A stretch of 57,404 nt of DNA, counting the filler, from Hydrolagus affinis (lineage: Eukaryota): NCBI GenBank assembly GCA_012026655.1. It is 3 parts of 3 records of this genome, joined end to end, with 100 filler letters (N's around TTAATTAATTAA, not from the genome) between each part and the next. Parts side by side here need not be neighbours in the genome. Positions count along the whole stretch, not along the records: positions 40,776 to 57,404 come from JAAILG010016598.1; 2 more parts are not named here. One strand, 5' to 3'. The translations under genes and the position numbers were made by a program. Below the pieces are notes generated by a model. The model was not told the DNA's origin and did not search any database. It worked only from the letters and a program-made list of their open reading frames with translations. Positions 48,416 through 57,404 of the stretch are shown in pieces (the first letter of the stretch is position 1; every line of letters starts with the position of its first letter).

Positions 48416-49625
48416 GTGAGTGACATATTATTGATGTTGGCTGTGAAATCAGTTCACTGACTGTGTGTAACCATGGCCCAGTCCCTACCACTGCTAATAG
48501 CCACAGAGTGAAAACTCCATAACATTCCCCATCACAGCCTCCTGTGCAGTGCTCCAGCCTCCACCACCATTACTGACAGCCTGTTTCATTGATTAATTCC
48601 CTTCTGGTTAACAGACCTCTTAGCCTGCAGTCTGTCCTGAAATGGCCCTTTACAAAACTCTACATCTGTGTCCGCTTGTTCTCCTGTCATGATACACACT
48701 GAACTATTGATCTGGGTTTATGATCTCAATCCCATCTAAAATTTAATTCAAGTCTATAAAGTCGCCTTCTCTAGAGCGAAGAGCCCCAGCCTGTATAATC
48801 AATGCTCCATAATTGGGCCAATAGAAAAGTGCGGAATGTGACAAATGTGGGTGGTGATTGGTGCTACTGAGGCCCAAACTCCCAAACTCCATGTTTTAAC
48901 TGTATGGATATACTGTAAACTAAATAGAATGAAAGGTTATTTCTGGTAGGTCAAGGGTTATGGGGAGAAAGCAGGAAATTGGAATTGAAAGGATCAGTCA
49001 AGGTACAGATTAGCCATGATCTAATTAAATGGTGGAGCAGGCTCAAAGGGCAAAATAGCTGCCTCCTGTCGCTATATTCATAAATATTGGTTTGTTGAAA
49101 TAAAATCTGTGTGAAGCATTTGTGGGAGAGGTGCAGGGAGTATAGGTGGGAAACACCACTCCCGCCCACTGACCACATCAACCATCTCCAGTAAGTGTTT
49201 TTTTAATTGTATTTTTACCTTATTTATATATTTATTAAATATTTATTCTAATTTTCAATACCAGTAGTGTTGTTTTTGGTCTATATTTAATATTAGTTTA
49301 AGAAAATTTAGACCAGAAATGTACCGAAGGAACGTAACACATATTTATACAATTAGGGCCTCTGCTCATTTAGGTCATTTAGGTTTCGCTATACAGTACG
49401 TCGTTTCAATTAAAGTCGCACTTTTCAAGAACACATGTCTGACATTAATTGAGGGGTCCCAGTATAGCAGCACAGTGACCTTAACAACCTGCCAACTGCT
49501 CTCGGTAAACATGAGAAATCTGTCTCTCACATCCAAAGCCAGATAGCACTGAAAACCTTTGGAAATACGTGAATAGATTTGACTCTAAATGAACAGCAAA
49601 AGATCCATACTGAACAGTACAATAA

Positions 49626-50190
49626 AAAGAGCCCCCAAACTAGACCCCATCCCCAACTCTAAAATTTAGTCCACAACCCTAACGCCAACCCTAACCCCCA
49701 ACGTGAACCCGAATTCTAACCCTAACCCCTAACCTCCAACCCTAACTCTAACCCTAGCCCCCAATCCGAACCCCAACCCTAAACCCAGCTCTAACCCCCA
49801 ACCCCCATCCCGAGACCTATCCCTCACAAACTTTTCTCCCCCACCAAAAAACGATCTCCTCACTTAACGAAAGAAGCAAACACATTCAGTGCTCCAGCCT
49901 CCACCACCATTCCTAACGGCCTGTTTCATTGATTAATTCCCCTCTGGTTAACATACCTCTTAGCCTGCAGTCTGTCCTGAAATGGCCCTTCACAAAATTC
50001 TACATCTGTGTCTGCTTGTTCTCCTGTCATGATACACCCTGAACTATTGATCTGGGTTTATGTTCTCAATCCCTGAAATTTATAAAACCTAACTCTAACC
50101 CTAATACCAAATCCTAACACTAATCCTAATCCTAATCCCAACCCTAATTCTAATACCAACCCGAAGACTAAAACTAAGCCTAACCCTGGC
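49626..50190 (+). repeat. Telomere-like (CCCTAA-degenerate) module 1, containing a captured 187-bp host segment
   Basis: Degenerate AACCCT arrays plus the unique core ..cttaacgaaagaagcaaacacattca..tgaaatttataaaacc shared with modules at 52447-53203. 49887-50073 duplicates 48547-48733. Confidence 0.85.
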
Positions 50191-51159
50191 CTAGTTTGAG
50201 AAAAACATTTCTGCTGCCAGAAAAAGTGGGATCACAAATTGAGAGAGGGACAAAGGTTGAATGTGAACCTAAGCCTACATTCCCAGTCCGGGAAGGCAAA
50301 GGCAAACACAAACTCCAAAACCCCCCAAAAAAATACATCTCAAAAACCTTCCCTAAAACTAACAAACCTAACTCAATGTTGCTTGAAACATCTAATTAAA
50401 TTACACCTTAACAAAAAACATGAAACAAAATTCAGGAATAAACACACAAATGCCATCAGATCTAGTTGGGTGGAATATAATTTAATAAATAAAAACCCGA
50501 GTAGAAAGTTTCCACCAACGCCCTAGCCAGGGTAAAGGGATTAACTCTTAAACATTAGAATGAAACAATGGCTAAAAACACATCATATGGCGAGAGGGCC
50601 ATTAACGCCATTAACACTAAAGCACATCTTGTGGGCTGTTCTGTCCCATCCACAAGTATAACTGAAACTTCCCTCCACACAGAAAATTTTAAAATCTCCT
50701 TGAAAAAGCCACAGGCATTGGCGAAGCATTGGAGGAGATATTTTTTGCGTTCCAGTTCGGAAATTCCCCCAAACCTCAGAGAGTCAATATATGGAGCTGG
50801 GATCACCAGACCCCGACCCTTCTAAAGAAAAGCTCCTCCTCCCCTGCTCTTCCCCCTTTTCTTTCTCTCCTTCTCTCCCTCTCTTTCTCGATTTTTCTCA
50901 GCCTTTGTTTTCAGCTCCCCGGACAGATAAGCACCGGAAACCACAGAGTAGTGGGCTGCGAAACTGGGATCTTGGGACCCCCAAACAAAGCTCCAGTCAG
51001 AGGCCCAATCTCCCGGGGTAAGCCCACTTCTCTTTCCTTTATACACCTTTCCACACCCCACCATCCAAAGCAACATGGTGCGGACTATATGCAGGTTGCA
51101 AAAATGCAACTGAACATACCTGAGTGAGGCTGGTGGGCCCCAAAATAACACACACAGGG

Positions 51160-52385
51160 ACACATTTGCAAGGGTATTCGGGGCCTTTTTTAGACTGATC
51201 CAAACATATCATCATTTAATTTTTTTAAAAGGTAATCCCGAAACCCCAAAAGGGATTCCAAACCAAGTAGAAAAATTGACAGAGTTAGTTAAACCAGCCA
51301 CACCGTCAGAAGGAACGCTCTGTAAATTGGCCAAAAATGCAGAGATGTGGGCAAAATATCCTTATCGAACATTATAAGAATAACATAATTGAACTAAATA
51401 ATGAAATTAGGTCAATTGAACCAACAGCCTGAAAGGAGGAGGCCTTCAAAGTGGCAATCTCCTAGGCAAGGAAAGCCCTAAAACAAAAATTTAAAATGTC
51501 GACCACAGATCGGACAAGGCAGCACATTTTTTAAATTAGCAGAGCAGAAACCCCACAATAATGACACCTCAACTAACACTAACCAGTAAGTGCACTCCCA
51601 CCCCACTCCCTGCAGTAAGAACTCTTCCGGCCAGGCACAACTGGAGTTCACTCCAATGTGTCTGTACACCTGGACCTAGATATTCTCCTGGCATCTCAAG
51701 AGCAACCACAGTTACCAACGGTGACCGCTGGCACTTGGGATGCAGTGAGACCTGCTAGGACAATACAGGCTAAGCCCACACTCCTACTGCAGATTCATCT
51801 CCCACCCGTAGAACAACGGCAGCCAAGAGAGCGACCCCACGTCCTTCTACACAGCGACTGTCCCCAGGCTATACAAAGTAGCAATAGCCCCTTCCCCACA
51901 GAGAGACAGTAACACAGAGTCAGGAACAGAGATGGGAATTTCTCCCCTCCATGCCCAACAGGGAATTGATAAGAATTTAAATACAGTAACTGTCCACAAA
52001 AGGACAGATCGTAAAAATGCAGATGGGAATATTAAAACCCTCAAAACCAATCATAATAATTCGGGACGAAAACCTCACAACAAAACAGGTTGTCCAAATG
52101 CACACACACAGGAGCAGGCTTTTCCAGAGGCAAACTTCCATCATGTGGATAAAACGTGAAACAAAATCATACCCTGTAAGAAGACCACAAAGGTCTTCAT
52201 TTTCTCCCTCGGTTTCCACAACTGGGGTCAGCAACCAAAGACTGCCATTAAACAATTGAAGGCGATGTTAAAAAGGGCCAGGCAAGGTTTCCCCAAAGCA
52301 GAAATCCTTGTCACAGAAAGTAATTTTAGCCACAATTTAAACCAAAAAGAAAGGACTACCTTAGAGGAAGTCAATATTTATTGAA
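51160..52385 (+). mobile_element. Decayed retroelement ORF1 with SGNH-esterase domain (Penelope/Neptune-type likely); no RT follows
   Basis: DTFARVFGAFFRLIQTYHHL..VKPATP..LAKNAEMW..ILIEHY..EAFKVAIS*ARK; Pro/Thr linker; KPIIIIRDENL (GDSN block), AFPEANFHH, FSLGFHN..KQL..ARQGFPKAEILV..NFS..L..VN. Contains stops and frameshifts. Confidence 0.7.
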
Positions 52386-52446
52386 AAAACAAGATTAAAA
52401 ACAATAACACCCAGCGGATTAAATTCCCAGTAATATGGTTAAATGG

Positions 52447-53203
52447 AAAGCCCCCCAAAATAATTCTCAAACCCAACTCTAAAATCCAGCCCACAACTCG
52501 AACCCGAAACCTAACCCCCAACCCTAACCCTAACCCACAACCGGAACCCTAATCCTAACCCCTGATGTGAACCCTAACCCTAATGTGAACCCAAACCGAA
52601 CACTAACCCTAACCCCCATCCCGAAAGCTATCCCCCCAAACCTTTCTCCCACCCAAAAAAAATATCCTAACTTAAGGAAAGAAGCAAACACATTCATGAG
52701 CCCAAACGAAATTTGACAAAACCCACAGTGGGTTATCAGGAAAACACAAGCCACGTGTATCATGATCCCTGAAATTTATAAAACCTAACCCCAATCCCAA
52801 CCCTAACATGAACCCTAACCCTAACCCCCATCCCTAAACCTATCCCCCAAACGTTTCTCTCCCATAAAAAAAATCCTTACTTAAGGAAATAAGCAAACAC
52901 ATTCATGAGGCCAAGCGTAATTTGACAAAACTCCAGCACAGGGGGATTATCGGGAAACACAAGCCATGTGTATTATGATCCTCGAAATTTATAAAACCTA
53001 ACCCTAACCCGAATCCAAAGGATGCCCTATCCCTAACTATAACCCTAAACCTAACCCGAAACCTAGCACTAACCTTAAACCTAAGGATGTCCTAACCCTT
53101 ACCCTAACCCTAAGGATGACCTAACCCTCACCCTTACCCTAATCATAATCCTAAACCTAACCCTAAGGATGCCCTTACCCTTACCCTAATGCTCAACCTA
53201 ACC
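52447..53203 (+). repeat. Telomere-like modules 2 and 3 (tandem ~250-bp units) plus trailing CCCTAA-like array
   Basis: Two copies of the core ctatcccccaaac..cttaaggaaa.aagcaaacacattcatgag..atgatcc..gaaatttataaaacctaacc separated by AACCCT-like arrays. Confidence 0.88.
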
Positions 53204-53465
53204 AACTCTTTAATATTAGAAGATGTGCACTCCTTGTATTCTTAAATAACAACAGGAATGCTACCATTCCAATAGATCAAAGTAATACTGATGAAAGGTG
53301 TACATTATTTATAGGTGTGGGCAGGCCAGGATTACTTCATTCAGCATTTAAAAGGTGCTTTCCAGGTAGATAATATTTCAGCCTACTTACTGAACATTCA
53401 GTTTGTTAATAATTGAGGAAGAGATTGTGCACCTGGTCAGTGCTGCCTCAACACAGGGATGAAAC

Positions 53466-53627
53466 ATGGATCTATCTGTCTTGCCAAATAACAACCATCC
53501 TGACCTATTTATGCAGCTAGATGTAAAAGCATTATCTGTAACTCCCAATTTGGGTCATTTTGGGTTGCCGGGACTATCTGGAGCAGCTCTGAGTGGTCAA
53601 CATTGGCACAACCATGTCTATTCAAAG
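53466..53627 (+). CDS. MINAR2: MINAR2 exon 1
   Basis: MDLSVLPNNNHPDLFMQLDVKAL..QHWHNHVYSK matches the MINAR2/KIAA1024L N-terminus (MDLSVLPNNNHPDKFLQLDVK); aag|gtaagt donor, phase 0. Confidence 0.93.
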
Positions 53628-54173
53628 GTAAGTGGCAGGAGAGTTTTTCATGCAATGGAGCTGAAATGGGAAGAGAGTGGGTGGGTTTTCTGAAAGGATC
53701 AGGTGAAATTGGCCAAAAGGCATTCTTCATCCAATCTCTGTTATGACTTAATGATCGCTGAATATCTGAGGATCCTGTACTCGTTTTTGGAGATTAGCCT
53801 TTAGATGTATTTATGAAGTTCTGGAGGCAGGGAGAATAAAACACTTTCAATTAAATAATAGAAGTTAAGCAGTCAGTTTAGTGTACTTGTAAATTAACAT
53901 GAAGCATATGGACTTCAATTAAGTGAGTGCACTGCTGTAACTGATCTGAAAGAACATCCATTATCAAATAGTTTATGTTAAACTCTAAATCAAATTTGTG
54001 GAAACCAAATGAATTTTTGCAACTTCTATTAAAATAGAAATACTAGTTGAAGCAAAATTTACTATATTGCGGAGGATATTGATGGCTTGGTCACAAATTA
54101 ATTTTGCTAATAACCTGTGTGTTGTGAATTCCTTCATGGTTACTGAACCACCGTGGGTTCCATTTTTTTTCAG

Positions 54174-54416
54174 AACCCCAAAATATCACAAAGGTTGAGC
54201 TTGCAACCAAATGATGGTCGCCCTGCTGTCATTGATCACGTCCTCAGCAAGCACATCACTCCCGTAACACTGAAAACCACCATCAAGAGGAATCCCCTGT
54301 TTGAAGACATACAGGGGATCGATAACCGACAACAGAGCAAAGCTCACCCATCCTGGACCATCCAGGAATATGATAGGCACTCAGTGCATTTAAACCTGAC
54401 GGATTACTTAACCAAG
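54174..54416 (+). CDS. MINAR2: MINAR2 exon 2
   Basis: ttttttttcag acceptor, 243 nt, phase 0-0. KRNPLFED..PSWTIQEYDRHSVHLNL matches PSWTIEEYDKHSLHTNL. Confidence 0.9.
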
Positions 54417-54595
54417 GTGATATATTAAAAGTACTGTAGTTAAGTGATTTCAGTATCCTAATTTTAATTCATTTGCATTTTTTTGTCTTTTGGATGAGGC
54501 ATTAAAAAGTGCCGTCTGAATGTTTCAGGTTTGCATTAAAAATCCCATGATACTAATTTTAAAAATGGGATTTTCTCTCGGACAACACTCCAGGA

Positions 54596-55266
54596 ACTTA
54601 ATTGAACCTTGACCTCATGTCACCTTCTACCATCTCCGACGGATCGCCCGTCTCCGGCAATACCTCACCCCAAAAGCCGCTGAAACCTTGGTCCATGCCT
54701 TTGTCGCCTCTCAGCTGGACTATTGCAATGCCCTCCTCGCTGGTCTCCTCTCCACCTCAATCCACAAAATCCAGCGAATTCAAAACTTTGCCGTTCGCAT
54801 ACTCACCCGCACCAAGCTTCATTCCCCCATTACCCCAGTCCTTGCCAGACTTCACTGGCTCCCTGTCCCTGAGAGGATTGACTTCAAGATCCTTACCCTT
54901 GTTTTCAAATCCCTCCACTCCTCTGCACCCCCCTACCTCTCTGATCTCCCCTCTCCCCAAACCAGCACCTGCTGCCTTCGCTCCACCGGGTCTGGCCTCC
55001 TCCATGTTCCCCGAATCCTCCACTCCACCCTCGGCGGCCGTGCCTTCAGCCATTACACCCCAAGGCTCTGGAACTCCCTTCCTCACTTCCTTCACCTCGC
55101 CCCCTCTCTTCCCAGTTTCAGGTCCCAGCTCAAGACCTTTCTCTTCGACCGTGCTTTTGGTCACCTTTCTACCCCTGCCCCTGGCTCGGTCCCAGGATCT
55201 GCTATTGTGAAGCCCTCTGAGATGCCATCTGGCGTCGGGGGTGCTATATAAATCGAAGTTGTTGTT
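54596..55266 (+). mobile_element. L2 LINE 3' end in MINAR2 intron 2
   Basis: VHAFVASQLDYCNALLAGL..SPITPVLARLHWLPVPERIDFKIL; (gtt)n tail. Confidence 0.93.
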
Positions 55267-56510
55267 GGCGGGGAGTTGTAAAAATAATAATATACATATC
55301 ATTTATTTTTGTTGTGCTGTCCTGTCAAGCATCACATTCTAAAGGAGCCCCCCCTCTCGATGTCCTCATTTCTGAGCTGTTTTGTCCAGTTCTGAACTAC
55401 TATCAGTGAGAGTTGTGGAGCTGAGGAAAGGGAGGGCAAAATATCTCTGACTCCTATAGCATAGTGTTTAGTGCATTGGCCTCACAAGAGAGAAGACTCA
55501 GGTTTATCAATTGGCAGGTCATTTTTCTAGGGTTGTAATCCCTTCAAAAAACAATTGGTCACAAAAGTGACTGTTTGTGGATCACTGCTGTGTGCAACTC
55601 GCTGCCAAATTTACCTCCACTTTACAATATATTCTATGAAGTGCTTTGAAGCATCTCAACAATGTGATAAAATGCAATATCAAAACTAAGGATTATTATT
55701 ATTATCCTCCAGGCAATACATTTCATCCTCAATCCACTCAGTGTGTGTGTGTGTGTATGCTTATGTGTGTGACCCAACACCATTGTGTTTTCTCTACCAA
55801 GCTGTGAAATCTCATCCTATATATAGATATGTTGTGTTTAAAGAAGGAATGTCTCTCACTATCCAAAAAGGATTTAGGTACTCATGATAAAGAGAAGGCT
55901 GTGGGCTCCCCAGCAATTGGTATAGGACCAATTACCCTATCTTGGCAATGTATACATGCTGCCATGTTTGCCCACAAAATATACAGCCAATTCACCCATT
56001 AAAAGGCCTGATAGCCAGAAACACTGGCATTGAAGGCTTTGTTAGCTGATGTGCTAGTTAAAGGATTCTATTTGTTTTTTGTCCTTCAAATAATTGAGAA
56101 GTAGTCTGCCTATTAATTGCAAAGTCAAGGAGCATGCAGTGCTTTATTTTCTCAAATAATTTGTTCAACCAAAAGATTGTGATGTGGTAACACTTTCGAT
56201 CAGTTAGGCCCAAACCAATAATAGGTGTTCTTTGCCATCTCTATGGGTGTGGCATCCCAACCTTGTTCAGTTCCACTTGTCTCCAGGCATCAGCAGTTCA
56301 AGAACCTTGCTCTCACATTTAAATTCCTCCATCCTAATTTTTAGGTGTTCTTCAACTGATCTGAGTACTCCTTTCGTTTAGTGAGCATCAGCCTGCTTCA
56401 TGCCCTCGTGTTTCGCCCACGAATACAGTCAATTTACTTTACAGTATATTCTGTGAAGCGCTTTGAGACTGATAAAAAAAAATGTGAAAAGCGCTATATC
56501 AAATGCAAGG

Positions 56511-56544
<34 letters not shown>

Positions 56545-56830
56545 CCTACCTGCTCCACCATCAGTGAGCAGGCTTCAGTCATTCTGCCCCATTCTTTGGA
56601 ACTCTATCACAAAGTTCCACTGACTCCCTCCACTTGTTCAATCAAGTCTCAAAGCATCCTCTTGGACCAAAATTTCAATCAGCTCTTTCAGCTCCCAACC
56701 CAACATGAGTGCCCATCCAGGATTGGTAAATGGTTTGAGATGTGATCCTGACATGAAAGGCACTGTATAAAATGTAAGTTGCATGTGTTTAGAAAAGGTT
56801 AAACACTTGGTTTCATTTGCTTCAATTTAG

Positions 56831-57022
56831 GAGGATCCAAACGACCTGAAATTTTGGATGGATGACATTTACACCCCAGGGTACGATTCTTTGTTAAAAA
56901 AGAAAGAGCTTGAAATGAAAAGAGCCAAATGCTGTAAAATAATAACACTGCTGTCATTGGTAGCCTGTACTTTAATCACTGTAATTACTGTTTCAATAGT
57001 TGTTGTTGGACGTACTCATTAA
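56831..57022 (+). CDS. MINAR2: MINAR2 exon 3 (C-terminal TM anchor)
   Basis: ttcaatttag acceptor. EDPNDLKFWMDDIYTPGYDSLLKKKE..CCKIITLLSLVACTLITVITVSIVVVGRTH*. Total protein 198 aa. Confidence 0.92.
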   Translation, partial: EDPNDLKFWMDDIYTPGYDSLLKKKELEMKRAKCCKIITLLSLVACTLITVITVSIVVVGRTH

Positions 57023-57404
57023 AATATGCAGCCAAAGAAAGTTAATATGAAACAAATTTAACAGTTATTTTAATGGAATTGTACCCATTTTCACAATGAT
57101 GCATGACAGAGATTACATTGTTTTACAGACATTCAAAATTGTCTGCATCATATTTTCATATATGTTGGTAATGCATTTTTAAAATAGATTTGCATAATGT
57201 GCATTTAGGAGATACAAACGTATGATCTTCTAACAAAAATAAATTGACTGTTAATGCTCTAACAATTTGCATACGTTACCCATTTAGTTATTTCCTAAGT
57301 GCCCAGACATTGTTATTATTAATACTCAAAATGATGACTTGGATGAGCCAGGGATTATGCCATGACTTGGATTTTTAAAGCATAAGACACACAAGTACTC
57401 ACTG

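Noticed and set aside
53288-53320. CTGATGA hammerhead core after the telomere-like array
   Set aside because: No downstream GAAA or stem II.
53519-53627. WSxWS-like cytokine-receptor reading (IWSSSEWS)
   Set aside because: It is an alternative frame of MINAR2 exon 1.
30563-55302. Long ORFs of 146-202 aa at 30.5-31.2, 43.8-44.4 and 54.6-55.3 kb as host genes
   Set aside because: All are frames or antisense frames of L2 3' fragments.

Overview
Vertebrate genomic DNA, almost certainly a cartilaginous fish (DeuSINE/L2-tailed SINEs, CR1, L2 and Penelope-like repeats, GPR139-like receptor family, shark-type NLR exon). It is not one locus: two identical 100-nt spacers (44 N + TTAATTAATTAA + 44 N) join three fragments. 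Fragment 1 (1-27278) has a head-to-head pair of non-rearranging, antigen-receptor-like leader-VJ-C1-TM genes: a minus-strand copy with a nonsense codon and a frameshift, and a plus-strand copy open over the five exons I could find. It also has two decayed tRNA genes, one intact GPR139/142-like GPCR and two pseudogene fragments of it. Fragment 2 (27379-40675) has a B7-H6 (NCR3LG1)-like V-C1-TM gene whose last exon encodes a 578-aa tail with ~64 in-register PKPPPTD heptads, plus an orphan leader exon of the next gene. Fragment 3 (40776-57404) has immune-gene debris (Ig C1 pseudo-exon back-to-back with an NLR-type LRR pseudo-exon), an ORF1/esterase-only retroelement remnant flanked by telomere-like (CCCTAA) modules, one of which captured 187 bp of nearby host DNA, and an intact 3-exon MINAR2. 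Exon models were built by hand from splice sites and phases. Family names come from remembered motifs, not database searches. Repeat boundaries are approximate.
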